Shown: positions 9,447 to 20,064 of the stretch, piece by piece | Numbering within the stretch: the stretch's first letter is position 1 | Layout of the letters: every line of letters begins with the position of its first letter | Assembly: GCA_048887225.1 (NCBI GenBank) | Contig: JBHLJY010000003.1 | Span: forward strand, 174,436 to 238,435 | Direction of reading: 5' to 3' | Source: Candidatus Hodarchaeota archaeon | Lineage (GTDB): Archaea > Asgardarchaeota > Lokiarchaeia > Sigyniarchaeales > SOKP01 | DNA length: 64,000 nt | Program-made: the position numbers and the translations under genes | Notes under the pieces: generated by a model | What the model was told of the DNA's origin: nothing | The model's database searches: none | Seen by the model: only the letters and a program-made list of their open reading frames with translations

Positions 9447-10142
9447 TTATAGTAGTAAGGATAATAATACTCCTTGAACTATAAGAAATTGCCCTAAAAT
9501 GTATGTTAACATTATATAAATTCTAATGTTAGGAATTTTCATTTCCTTATTAAAAGTATCTATAGCGATCATAGAATCTGAAATCATAAATAATATAGAC
9601 CCAAACCAAACTAAAAAGAAACAAGGACAATAGATTTCAAATAATGCTAATCGCAAAATAGCAGTAACATGCATTGTAAGGATTGCCACCATGTAAATAT
9701 ATACCGGAATTTTCAAATCCCCCATATGATCTTTATATTTTGGAAATGTTAAGAGTAGAATAAAAATTACTGGTATTAATAAAACATATCCATATATAGG
9801 AAAAGCTATAATATTAACGCCTACAGACAGCAAAAACGAGATTATATAAAAAATATGCCCAAGTAAAAAAGCGGCCATTCCGTATATAAACCATTTATCC
9901 TTATTTTCAAGCATCAGGAAGATATCTCCAGCACATCCGCATAAAAGTGCTACAACGATTAACCAATCTATATTAATTGCAATTGCTCCAAAAATATAAT
10001 ATAAAACTAACAAAGGCATCAATAAGGGTTTAGAAATATGTTCTAATATTTTTTTTTCTTTTGCAACAGCAGCTATATCTGAAGCTGTGAAAACGAAAAA
10101 TAAGACTAAAAAGAGGTACATATATACCATATTATTTTTCAC
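9447..10142 (-). CDS. YhhN/TMEM86 lysoplasmalogenase-like membrane protein
   Basis: KPLLMP, GDIFL, FLLGHIFY, FMISDS, TYILGQ. Confidence 0.9.
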   Translation of the reverse strand: MKNNMVYMYLFLVLFFVFTASDIAAVAKEKKILEHISKPLLMPLLVLYYIFGAIAINIDWLIVVALLCGCAGDIFLMLENKDKWFIYGMAAFLLGHIFYIISFLLSVGVNIIAFPIYGYVLLIPVIFILLLTFPKYKDHMGDLKIPVYIYMVAILTMHVTAILRLALFEIYCPCFFLVWFGSILFMISDSMIAIDTFNKEMKIPNIRIYIMLTYILGQFLIVQGVLLSLLL

Positions 10143-10283
10143 TTTAAATGAAGTTTTTTAATTAAATAATTATCTTTGTTTTAATATTTAAATATCTGTG
10201 GATTTTAAAATTATTTAAATTTAAAAGAAGATATCTATTAAAAATAGAAATCAAAAATTGGTTAAATTAATAGAGGGAATAAT

Positions 10284-11552
10284 TTGCCAGAATTAAAAGA
10301 AGTTGTAGTAGTTGATGGAGTTAGAACACCCATTGGGAAATCTGGATGGAAAGCTGCAAGCGGAGGCAAAAAGCCGGGAATTTTGTTTAATTCTACAGCT
10401 CACGAGATGTTAAAGACAGTAATTGAAAGATTGGTGGAAAATGTTAAAACTAAATCCAGTGCTTTTAATTCAGCTGAGATTGAGGATGTTGCTATAGGTT
10501 GTAGTGCCCAATATGGTGAACAAGCGGCAAATTTAGGAAGAATTGCGGTTCTTCTTGCTGAAAATATTCCAGACAACGATGTTCCTGGTAAAACTATTGA
10601 TCGATACTGTAACGCTGGATTAGAAGCAATTAATAGTGAGGCTCAAGCTATTATGTGTGGAAATGGAGAGATAGCAATCGCTGGTGGTATTGAATTTATG
10701 AGCAAATACCCTTTAGGGAGTTCTCTTAATGCGACTATTATAAATGGCAGGAAGCACATCTTTCATAGACAATTTATGAAAAAACAAAACATCATGGGTA
10801 TGTCAGCTGAGATGGTTGCTGAAAAATATGGATTAACAAGAGAGGATTTAGACGATTTTGGTGCATTGTCCCAAAAAAAAGCAGTATTGGCTATGAGAGA
10901 TATAGAGTGGTATAAAAAAAGAATCGCTCCTGTAACTATTGTCGAGAAAATTGAAGGAAAACGCGTTAAAAATACTTATAATAAAGATGAAACCCCAAGA
11001 GAGGAATTTGCCAACAATTTTGAAGTTGCTAGAGAAAAAATGAAGACTTTAAAACCAAGATTTAAGCCTAAAGGTGGCATAGTTACAGCAGGCAATTCAT
11101 CTGCTATTGTAGATGGGGCAGCAGCAGTTATGTTAATGTCTCAAGAAAAGGCTGATGAATTAAGCATAAAACCTATGGCTAAAATACTCTCTTGTGCTGT
11201 TGCCGCTTCTGAACCGAGAATTATGTTATTAGGACCGATTCCAGCGCAAAAGAAAGCACTTCGAAGGGCGGGAAATCTAAGGATGGATGATATGGACATA
11301 ATAGAACCTAATGAAGCCTTTGCCTCACCTTGTCTTGCTTTTGCTAAGGAATTTGGATATGCTTTTGATGATCCGAGAGTTAATCCCACAGGTGGAGGTA
11401 TAAGCTTAGGTCATCCAATTGGAGCTTCTGGAGTGATTTATTTCTTGGAAATGGTCTGGGAAATGGTAAAAAAAAATCATCGATACGGAATTCAGACATT
11501 ATGTGGTGGCGGCGGCGTAGGAATTGCAACTGTTGTAGAAAGAGAAAAATAA
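10284..11552 (+). CDS. Thiolase (acetyl-CoA C-acyltransferase)
   Basis: RTPIG, RYCNAG, NEAFA, GHPIGASG, CGGGGVG. Confidence 0.95.
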   Translation: MPELKEVVVVDGVRTPIGKSGWKAASGGKKPGILFNSTAHEMLKTVIERLVENVKTKSSAFNSAEIEDVAIGCSAQYGEQAANLGRIAVLLAENIPDNDVPGKTIDRYCNAGLEAINSEAQAIMCGNGEIAIAGGIEFMSKYPLGSSLNATIINGRKHIFHRQFMKKQNIMGMSAEMVAEKYGLTREDLDDFGALSQKKAVLAMRDIEWYKKRIAPVTIVEKIEGKRVKNTYNKDETPREEFANNFEVAREKMKTLKPRFKPKGGIVTAGNSSAIVDGAAAVMLMSQEKADELSIKPMAKILSCAVAASEPRIMLLGPIPAQKKALRRAGNLRMDDMDIIEPNEAFASPCLAFAKEFGYAFDDPRVNPTGGGISLGHPIGASGVIYFLEMVWEMVKKNHRYGIQTLCGGGGVGIATVVEREK

Positions 11553-11724
11553 ATTAGAAGAATACAAAATTTTATTCTTTAATATATAGAAGGTTCTAAT
11601 ATTTTTTTTAAAATAAGTTTAATTTGATATAAAGAGATCTTCTTATTAAATTAAATAATATAATTTTAAAGGTGAATTTATTATTACACTTTCATATGTA
11701 AGATGGTAAAATGGAGCAACGGTT

Positions 11725-12393
11725 ATGGGGGTCTTTATTTTTTCATGCTTATTTGGATTATTTTTTGTAATTAGAGCTAGAAAGCTAAATGTTAATCTTC
11801 TTTTATATCTCGGATGTACTTACTTTTTTGCAGGTCTAGTTTATTTAGGAGATGTATTAGATTTCGTAACAATTCTTTTAACTGGAAAAAATATTGATAA
11901 TAGATTTGGACTAATAGGACTAATAAATTGGATGTGGTTTCCTGGAGCTGTTTTATGTGCCATATATATTGGTGTTGAGATATTAATACCCAATAAAAAA
12001 TGGTATATTTTTGTAATATATTTAGTTTTAGGTATTCTCTTTGAATTATTCCTATTCTTAGATCCTTCAGGTTCTGTTACATATGCTAATCCAGCCACTC
12101 CGGGTGAGGATTTAATTAATGACAATCTCGTAGAAGATTCCATTATATACTATATAGCTTTGATTTTTTTGGTAACTATTATAGTATTAATTGGATTTGG
12201 ATTTCTGGTTAAAGCTATACAATCAAGAGGCATTATTAGAAAGAAATTTTTTTATTTATCAATAGGAGGCTTTATTTATACTATAGGTGATATATTAGAT
12301 GGCTTATTTTCTCCTGGTATAATCTTGGTATTTATTAGATCTGTAATGATTGGGAGCGTTTGGCTCTTTTATTTAGGTTTACAGCCAACTTGA
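11725..12393 (+). CDS. Multi-pass membrane protein (about 6-7 TM), unknown function
   Basis: Hydrophobic helices; possible upstream extension interrupted by TAA (see findings). Confidence 0.75.
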   Translation: MGVFIFSCLFGLFFVIRARKLNVNLLLYLGCTYFFAGLVYLGDVLDFVTILLTGKNIDNRFGLIGLINWMWFPGAVLCAIYIGVEILIPNKKWYIFVIYLVLGILFELFLFLDPSGSVTYANPATPGEDLINDNLVEDSIIYYIALIFLVTIIVLIGFGFLVKAIQSRGIIRKKFFYLSIGGFIYTIGDILDGLFSPGIILVFIRSVMIGSVWLFYLGLQPT

Positions 12394-12457
12394 ATCAAAC
12401 CTAATGTGATTATTGTAGAAAATTAGATTATAATAAGTAGATCAAAAAATGTTTTGA

Positions 12458-12913
12458 TTAATCTGGAGTTAATTCGTCCAAGTCTGATAAATCCAATCCG
12501 GAATCTAGAGTCTCTGGAATTTCCGAAAGGAATTCGTCGAGAATTTCTTTCAATTCATCTCCAGATCTCTTTAATATAAGTCTAATTAACCCAATGTTTA
12601 TATCAGGATCGGAAATTAAACATAATACTCCTTTTGGTCCGCAGCTGGCTGCAAATATTTTTCCACCTGAGAATTCGCTCGTAACTATATCTAAATCTCC
12701 TAATTCGAGATTTTTTCCTTGTTCTTCACTGGCACAGAATACTGCACTTGCAATAGCGCCAATTCCATCCACATCAGCTGGGAAATAGGAGAATTTCGAC
12801 ACGCTCGCGATAGTTAATCCCGTTCGATCAACCAATATTACCTTCTTAATGCCCGATTCGGACTTTATAATCTTACTGAGAATATTATCAAAACTTTTTG
12901 TATCAATACTAAT
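12458..12913 (-). CDS. Roadblock/LC7 domain protein
   Basis: LVDRTGLTIA...GAIASAVF...NIGLIRL; the frame stays open upstream to ATT 12913 (MSIDTKSFDNILSKII), which supplies the otherwise missing first helix. Confidence 0.85.
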   Translation of the reverse strand: MSIDTKSFDNILSKIIKSESGIKKVILVDRTGLTIASVSKFSYFPADVDGIGAIASAVFCASEEQGKNLELGDLDIVTSEFSGGKIFAASCGPKGVLCLISDPDINIGLIRLILKRSGDELKEILDEFLSEIPETLDSGLDLSDLDELTPD

Positions 12914-13131
12914 AGCAATACACCAATCAAATTATGATATTCTTTATAATATATTATTAGAATTTTTTATTATAAATACTCTTATGTTTATTAAAAAAAG
13001 AAGATGTATAAAAAATTATGTTTTTTGTTATTTACATCGATTTTATTCTCAAAACTCGTATGAAAAACAAGAAAATCGATTTCTTTTACTAAGGAAATTT
13101 CAAAATGAAGCTTTATTTTTAAAAACAAATC

Positions 13132-14442
13132 TTAAAGAAGATCGTTATCCTTGACTATTTTTTTATAATGATCTCTTTCACGTCGTAATACTTTTAATTC
13201 TTTTTTCATATCAATTAATTCTTCAGTTAAATTATCTTGAACTTTTTGTTCTTTACTCGTTAAATCCCTCAGCTCAATTTTCAAACTTGCGATTCTATCT
13301 AGGTGATCTTCGTTTTCTTTTTTCAAGTTCTCAATTTCTTGGTTCAACTCATCTATCCTAGTCTCTCTCTCTTCTATTTCTTTCTTTAATTCGTTTATAT
13401 TACGCTCGAGTTCTTCTTTTTCTTCAGTTGTTTTATTAATACTTTCTTTCAAAGATTTATCAGCTTCTTTAATTTCTTCAATTTCAGCTTTATTAGTCTG
13501 AAATTCTGTAATAACCCTAGTAAGTTCCTTAATTTTTTCGTTTTTCTCGTTTAATTGAGTTTTTAAGTCCTTAATTTCATCTTCCAATACTTCTTTTTCA
13601 AGTTTTTCAAGATGTTTTTCAGGAATTCCACTTTCTAATTCTTCACTCATATTAACTTTTAGTTCTGAATCAATTACTTCGCTAACTTTCTCTTCACTTA
13701 TCTCTCCTTCATTTACTACTTCTTCAATTACTTGCTCATCATCACTAATTTCTTCAATGTCTCCTATAGAAGTTTCAGATAATTGGGTGATCTCTTTTTC
13801 CTCAACTTCCATCTGATACTGTTCTAATTCTTTAATGAATTTAGCTTTTAGTTCTGTATCAATTTCTTCACTAACCTCCTTTTCACTTACTTTTTTTTCT
13901 TCATCAATTACAATTTCATTATTTAAAAGCTCATCAGCAATTTCTTCTTCACTAACCTCTTCAACGTCGCTAATAGGTGGAGTATATACCTCGGTTATCT
14001 CCTCTTCTTCAACTTCCTCCCAATATGGTTCTAAATCTTCACTTTTTAACATCAAAAAGAAATCTTTAAATATGTCATCGAAATCTGGATTATTATCTTT
14101 TTTAGGTAATAATATATGAGCGATTCTTCTTAACATTCCCTCAAAATCTTTTGGAATGCCAACTTTTTCAAATTCCTCGGTTTCGATAAACACAGTAATA
14201 GCATAACAAGGTAGACCTACATATCGGCCTGGCGAAAAACCAGAAAAAAAACTTGCAACTCTATAATCAGCAAATTCTATTTTAAAAAAATTAGGTCCTT
14301 TTTTACTCGTCCAATGAAGCATATGAATATCCGTTAAATCAGTCATATTTATATTTAAATTTTTAAAAAGATCGTCTGGATATTGTGCATCAATAAAAGC
14401 TTCAGAATTCTCGTCAAACCCTAAAATCATAATTCCTTTCAA
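13132..14442 (-). CDS. Protein with N-terminal longin/uDENN-like region, acidic linker and long C-terminal coiled coil
   Basis: MKGIMILGFDE...IDAQYP start; Glu-rich imperfect repeat; heptad-rich C-terminus. Confidence 0.6.
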   Translation of the reverse strand: MKGIMILGFDENSEAFIDAQYPDDLFKNLNINMTDLTDIHMLHWTSKKGPNFFKIEFADYRVASFFSGFSPGRYVGLPCYAITVFIETEEFEKVGIPKDFEGMLRRIAHILLPKKDNNPDFDDIFKDFFLMLKSEDLEPYWEEVEEEEITEVYTPPISDVEEVSEEEIADELLNNEIVIDEEKKVSEKEVSEEIDTELKAKFIKELEQYQMEVEEKEITQLSETSIGDIEEISDDEQVIEEVVNEGEISEEKVSEVIDSELKVNMSEELESGIPEKHLEKLEKEVLEDEIKDLKTQLNEKNEKIKELTRVITEFQTNKAEIEEIKEADKSLKESINKTTEEKEELERNINELKKEIEERETRIDELNQEIENLKKENEDHLDRIASLKIELRDLTSKEQKVQDNLTEELIDMKKELKVLRRERDHYKKIVKDNDLL

Positions 14443-14619
14443 TTTGACTCACACGAGGTTTTATAAATCGCAAATTCAATTTATCATAATTGAGTACTGA
14501 TTACTATAATAATAATCACAATTTATTGTTTTATCTTTTTTGCTATTAAGTTAAAGATAAAAATTTTTTTACTAATTCTCTAAATTCAATTACTTTTATT
14601 GGTTTTGAGACATTTTTTA

Positions 14620-16167
14620 TTAAAAAATTTGATTTAAGCTCTCTATAGCCTTATTTACGTCAGTTGCCAAGTATGAATGTTTAAAGAAGGATGCAAAAAA
14701 CGCACGATCTTCTGGATTGAAGTATTTGTAACCAAATTTTTTCCATACCATATTGGGCTGCATAGGTGCTAAAAGGGAAACAGATTGATTTTCCAATAAA
14801 TTCCTAAAGTATAAATTAATTTCTTCATTTGTACTATTCTTAATAGTTGTTATTAAAAGATCATTGGTAAATAAATTCCAAGAATCGTTAAATTGAAGGC
14901 AGAACTTCTTTATATCAATCTTCTTTTCAATAATTAAATTAGATAAAGCTCTTATAGCTATTTCATAAGCACTTTTTTTATTTTGTTGAAAATCTGGATT
15001 AGAAATCATTATACATGGTAAATTTTTAGCATCTTTCTTTATTTGGGGTTGATTATATTCAGGCAAAAGTCGAATTAGGTTTAGTCCTAGTATGTTCCTT
15101 GTATCTTGAATGGTCCCTCCAGTTTCGAAAAACCGTTTATTAATTATATAGATTAATAATTTTTGAGCATGAATATCCCCAAAATAAGGATAATCCGTAC
15201 CAAAAAGAAGATATTCGCTCCATTTACGGTTATCTACTGACTCTTTTTTATTCGAAATAAACCATTCTCGAAAATCCTCTAAAAAATTTGCTGCGCCTTC
15301 CCCATGCAACATAGATAAATCGCCATAAGTATTGGGTTGAACGATGGTATCATAAACTTCGTGATCACCAATATTTCCCTGAGCGAAATGTGCTATTATA
15401 ACTTTAAAATGTTGTAATAATTTAGGGTGGTTTATTTCTAATACGGTTCTCGCTGATTTAATCAATTCGCCAATTTCCATAATTGTCTTTTTTCCTCGTG
15501 TGTCCAAAATTATTGGCATTGAATATTTGGCAGCTTCTACTAAGATTTGGACTGCTTTATCTGAACTAACATTATCAATCCATCCTTCGCTCCTAGGGTG
15601 TAATTTAAGCCCGCGCAACCCTAATACTTCCCTAGCGTATTTTACTTCATTAACAGCTTTTTCTCCTTCCATAGGATCACAACGGCCATAGCCGATTAAT
15701 TTCATTGAGAACGGAAAGTGAGTTGTAAAGCGGGATATATTAATATTGCTTGCGCGATATAAAGCTTCAGGAAATTTATCTCGAAATTTATCTTGAAAGG
15801 GAAAAACGACACCTTGATCGATGAATGTATAAAACTTAGATTTTTCTTTTAAATCTGAATATAATCTGCCCAGTTTCTCTAAGACGCCATATAAATTGTC
15901 AGTGAACGGATAAGGTGTAAAAGACCATGAAATCTTGGTGGATTTATTGTTTAGCGTTGTAGTAAACGAGATTTCATTATTTTTTTTTAATTCTGCAAAT
16001 AGTTTTCCTTGTACATTTCCCCAAAAATCGAAAGTCCCTGTACCTGGAGCCAATGGATTCATCATATTGGCATCGTCTACATCGTGGCCTAAATGTGAAT
16101 GACAATCAATTACAAAGATATTTTCCACTCTTGTCCGTCCATTTTGTTCTATAGTCGCAGTTAACAT
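14620..16167 (-). CDS. Amidohydrolase family (amidohydro_2) protein
   Basis: IDCHSH, GLKLHP, IIAH, LLFGTDYPY. Confidence 0.85.
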   Translation of the reverse strand: MLTATIEQNGRTRVENIFVIDCHSHLGHDVDDANMMNPLAPGTGTFDFWGNVQGKLFAELKKNNEISFTTTLNNKSTKISWSFTPYPFTDNLYGVLEKLGRLYSDLKEKSKFYTFIDQGVVFPFQDKFRDKFPEALYRASNINISRFTTHFPFSMKLIGYGRCDPMEGEKAVNEVKYAREVLGLRGLKLHPRSEGWIDNVSSDKAVQILVEAAKYSMPIILDTRGKKTIMEIGELIKSARTVLEINHPKLLQHFKVIIAHFAQGNIGDHEVYDTIVQPNTYGDLSMLHGEGAANFLEDFREWFISNKKESVDNRKWSEYLLFGTDYPYFGDIHAQKLLIYIINKRFFETGGTIQDTRNILGLNLIRLLPEYNQPQIKKDAKNLPCIMISNPDFQQNKKSAYEIAIRALSNLIIEKKIDIKKFCLQFNDSWNLFTNDLLITTIKNSTNEEINLYFRNLLENQSVSLLAPMQPNMVWKKFGYKYFNPEDRAFFASFFKHSYLATDVNKAIESLNQIF

Positions 16168-16194
16168 TTTTACTATACTCTATTATAAATAATT

Positions 16195-17853
16195 CTACTC
16201 CCTCATCTCTTTAGGAAGAGTTAAAACTCCCGTAAGAGGATTATTTAAAGGATCTTTACAATATTCAATTGTGAAATAAATTAAGTCATATAAGATACTT
16301 GGATCTTCTCCTTGTTTTAATTTGTAGTCATATAAAGACAATTGATATTCGGCTTCTGTAATAGGGGGTTTTGCGTAGGAGACGTCACCAAAAACAGATT
16401 GCAATAGTGGTTTTAAATAAGGGGAATAGAGAAATCCTAACTCTTTTAGTGCATCTTTTAAATAGAAAAACATCCTTTGAACTGCCTGCGTCATATAACG
16501 TACAGGTTGGTCTTTAGGACCTAAATATTGCTCGGCAAAATCAGGATCATAACGAGCAAGAAATTCTCGCGTAAGAGTCGGGGCGGGTCTAAAAATAGAA
16601 ATTAATCCTCTTTCTATTGCTCCTTCTCTATTAGTTGCAATTGTTTCACTTCCAGCATCGGGAACCCAAGTACCACTGTCGAGAAGTTTTCTTGCTTTAT
16701 AACACATCGCTTGAATTAATAATGCAATTCCTATTCGGCGACATATTGAAATTTGAGCATCACTTATACGAACCTCAATGGTACCCCAATCTGTAAAGGG
16801 AAAGATGTCTTGGAAGCGTCCATCTTCCAAACTAGCTTTCTGGACAATTTGGAGGAAATAATTTTGAGCATTTTGGTCTGTTGATGTTAAATAAGGAATA
16901 TAATGGTTTGGGTCGTTGTTACTTAGCATCGAGGTATTATGCTTTAATCTTAATGAGCGCACACAATTTGGTGCTGTAATTCTATTATCTATTATTTTTA
17001 TTACATCAGTAGGTTGATTATTCATTATAGGAGAATTACATGTGAGAGCAATTAAGTGAGGGATAAAATTTCTTATCATACAATAAGCTTGTACTTTTTC
17101 GAGTTCAGATTTAAAAGTCCCCAGATGATTATGGTCAGCTTGTGAAAGACCTCGTTGATATTCCTTTGCTGCTGGATTTATTGCCGAAGCAATAATATGC
17201 AAATCTTTGGGGAGTGTATTTTTTGCTAATAAAAATAATGTAGAAGCCCAATATGCAAGTTCTTCGACAAATTCACAAGGTGGAGTAACTAATTCCAAGA
17301 TATAAGTGATTGCCGTAACATTTCCATCGCGCGCAAAAGAATCTATATCCACGTAAGATCCATCAGGCAGTTGATATCTTAATTTCATTGCAAAACCTTT
17401 TTCAATATCCTCTACGCCCCAAGGGTGTGCCAAAACCTTTTGACGTACATATTCAGGAACAGGTAAAAAATCGGCCCTCCTATTGTATAAAATTTGATCC
17501 ATAATTTTAATGGCCTCCTTCACAATTTCTCGCATTCTAAACACCATTTCATCACCATCAGGATATGCTCCTACATCATCAGCTATAATTAGTTCCATCT
17601 CTATACCGTGAGTGAAGGGTAATGGCCTCCATAGTTCTACATCAGCTAGTATTTCTGCCCAAGGTCTATCATAATGCCAACTATAGATTTCTCGATAGTC
17701 TGTTCCGATAAATAGATTATCGCCCGATCTATCAACTGGATTTCCTAATGAAACTCCTGGAGGTAATCCTTTTACTTTTTGAATTTTCTTAGATACCTTC
17801 GATTTGCTTTTTCCTTTTTTCTTCTTTTTTCTCTTTTTTTTGTCTTTTGCCAT
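16195..17853 (-). CDS. Glutamate-cysteine ligase (GCS2)/carboxylate-amine ligase family protein
   Basis: HGIEMEL, ELVTPPC, HNHLG, ALTCNSP, GTIEVRISDAQ. Confidence 0.8.
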   Translation of the reverse strand: MAKDKKKRKKKKKGKSKSKVSKKIQKVKGLPPGVSLGNPVDRSGDNLFIGTDYREIYSWHYDRPWAEILADVELWRPLPFTHGIEMELIIADDVGAYPDGDEMVFRMREIVKEAIKIMDQILYNRRADFLPVPEYVRQKVLAHPWGVEDIEKGFAMKLRYQLPDGSYVDIDSFARDGNVTAITYILELVTPPCEFVEELAYWASTLFLLAKNTLPKDLHIIASAINPAAKEYQRGLSQADHNHLGTFKSELEKVQAYCMIRNFIPHLIALTCNSPIMNNQPTDVIKIIDNRITAPNCVRSLRLKHNTSMLSNNDPNHYIPYLTSTDQNAQNYFLQIVQKASLEDGRFQDIFPFTDWGTIEVRISDAQISICRRIGIALLIQAMCYKARKLLDSGTWVPDAGSETIATNREGAIERGLISIFRPAPTLTREFLARYDPDFAEQYLGPKDQPVRYMTQAVQRMFFYLKDALKELGFLYSPYLKPLLQSVFGDVSYAKPPITEAEYQLSLYDYKLKQGEDPSILYDLIYFTIEYCKDPLNNPLTGVLTLPKEMRE

Positions 17854-17904
17854 TGATCTATATCCTTTTTTTTAATTTGATCTTTGATGTACTTTTTCTT
17901 AAAA

Positions 17905-19833
17905 TTAAATTAAAGATTGTATAAACGATTTAAGAATATTATATTCGTTAATAAATTCGTAGGATAAAATTAAATTTACAATTTTGCACATATTTGGTGG
18001 AAATAATTGCTTCAAATTGTCTACAGTGGCACCATCCTTAAATAAAGACTCATCAATTATCAAGTTCGCAGAGTCACCAAGGTTTTCAATAATTTTAGAA
18101 TTTATTTCATCATCTATTCCTGATTCAGAAGATAAGATAATTGTAGGTTTTCCTAAGTAAGGAATTAAGTCTAAATTAAAGATTAAAATAGGATTGGGGG
18201 CATTTTTTAAACTGGAAGCTAAAAATTGTGTGAGTGTATTGTTTATAGTCATTAATTCGGATTGACTATGATTTTCTTTTGAGGGATAAATATAATACGC
18301 AAACGATTTGTTCAAATTAAATTTTAAATCAGAATAGACTCGATCAAGTATAGGAAAAATACTAAAATCATAACTAAATAATGAAACGATTATTGCGTTA
18401 AAATTGAAGTCATTCATAAGGATATTATTACTTATGTTACCTCCCGTTAGAGAGAAACTATTTACAAATTCATTGATTTTTGATATAAATGTGTTAAATA
18501 AATAATAATGCGAATAAACCGGCGATGGTTCCATTCTTGTTCTTATTTCATCTACCATCTCGTAAATGGTATCAAATAAATCCTTAGCAACTTTATCTTT
18601 GATCTCCCTTAAGTTAAATCCTATTATTATTGTATCCGCCGCTTGAGGAGAATCAATTTCTGCTAATGCGCATATCGCATCTTTATAGAAATTATAAGCT
18701 GAATTATTAAAATTATTTTCAGACAAATTTAATTTAGATGATTTTTCAATTACATTAATAATTTGATTTAAAACTTTTGAAATCTCTGTTTGACTATTTC
18801 TTTTGTGCAATTCTTTAACTATAGTATATAAAATCTTAACTTTTAATAAACCATCACTAATAAGAGTACATATTTTAGCAGCAACACTAGGATTTAAATT
18901 AATTGTATTGTTAACGATATCAATTATAAGATTTTCTCTTTTCAAAGGATCTTTAATTAAATAAGCTACTTTTGGAGCTTGTTCTGGATCCCTTTTTACC
19001 AAATCGAAAGCTAAATTCATAATTAACGAAAGCTTTTTGTCATTATTCGTAATGTTCTTTATAACTTCAATAGAGCCATCTAAATTTATAGACGCATAGG
19101 CTCTGATTAAATAATGATAAAAACTCGCTTTTTCTTGTTCATTAGACAATTTCAACGCTGAATTTAGCGATTTTTCTAGGTTTTTATTATAAAGATAGCC
19201 TTTTGCCAACTTTTTAGAACAATTGTCAATTTCTTCTAAAAGTCGTTTTTTATTACTCTCAATTTCTTCAATGCTCATTTCTGTCTCTGATTTCTCTGTT
19301 TGAGTCAAAATATTTTGCTTTAATAAGTGAAAAGAGTGATATTCTTTTTTTTTTTTCTCTAATTCTTTTTCTATTTGAGTTAATTCATCCATTGTTATTG
19401 AAATAATAAAATCGTCTATATTGAAACCATCGGCAAATTTAGAGACTTTTAATATAGGTTGTCTTTCTAAAATTTCGTTAATTTGACTTTTAGGAACCAC
19501 ATTTCTTACTTTTTTTACTTTTACAGTATATTCAACAATTTTCATCCAATTTGCAAACATTGACAATTTTCCAAAACCATCAATAGTAGGAATTAACTTA
19601 ATTTCGAAATTTTTGGTTTCTCCCGGGCCAAATTGGATAGCATCCTTTTTTAATTCGTCAGGTATTTCAATTTTTAAATTTTCTACTTCAAAAGCAAATT
19701 TGAAAAAGGCTTGCTTATTAGTACGATTTATTGCTTCAAAAATTATATTGTTATCATTAGAAGGAATTAACAAATTCTGTGGAAAGTGTGTTATTTTCAA
19801 TGAGATCGTTTTTTCTGGGTCCGTAATTTCCAT
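17905..19833 (-). CDS. Hypothetical protein: beta-rich N-terminal domain, helical repeats, alpha/beta C-terminus
   Basis: 642-aa ORF co-oriented with the ligase gene. Confidence 0.75.
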   Translation of the reverse strand: MEITDPEKTISLKITHFPQNLLIPSNDNNIIFEAINRTNKQAFFKFAFEVENLKIEIPDELKKDAIQFGPGETKNFEIKLIPTIDGFGKLSMFANWMKIVEYTVKVKKVRNVVPKSQINEILERQPILKVSKFADGFNIDDFIISITMDELTQIEKELEKKKKEYHSFHLLKQNILTQTEKSETEMSIEEIESNKKRLLEEIDNCSKKLAKGYLYNKNLEKSLNSALKLSNEQEKASFYHYLIRAYASINLDGSIEVIKNITNNDKKLSLIMNLAFDLVKRDPEQAPKVAYLIKDPLKRENLIIDIVNNTINLNPSVAAKICTLISDGLLKVKILYTIVKELHKRNSQTEISKVLNQIINVIEKSSKLNLSENNFNNSAYNFYKDAICALAEIDSPQAADTIIIGFNLREIKDKVAKDLFDTIYEMVDEIRTRMEPSPVYSHYYLFNTFISKINEFVNSFSLTGGNISNNILMNDFNFNAIIVSLFSYDFSIFPILDRVYSDLKFNLNKSFAYYIYPSKENHSQSELMTINNTLTQFLASSLKNAPNPILIFNLDLIPYLGKPTIILSSESGIDDEINSKIIENLGDSANLIIDESLFKDGATVDNLKQLFPPNMCKIVNLILSYEFINEYNILKSFIQSLI

Positions 19834-19859
19834 CTTAAAACCAAGTATATTCTTTCTAA

Positions 19860-19985
19860 TTATCTATATGAAATAATATAATACATAAATTCTTTATTAA
19901 TAGTAATTACCCAAGAGGCTATAGCAAAATATCTTACTGTCAATAATAATATAAACAATGGAATAAGTTTTTTCCACTCAACCAT
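19860..19985 (-). CDS. Possible small hydrophobic protein (41 aa, MVEWKKLIPLFILLL...)
   Basis: ATG-initiated, fills the gap between uppS and the 642-aa gene. Confidence 0.3.
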   Translation of the reverse strand: MVEWKKLIPLFILLLTVRYFAIASWVITINKEFMYYIISYR

Positions 19986-20064
19986 ATTCTTTTTAAAAAA
20001 GAACTTGATTTTAAATCTTTATGAAAAAAAGATTCTAAAAAAAAGGCAATTCTAGAAAGAAGAA

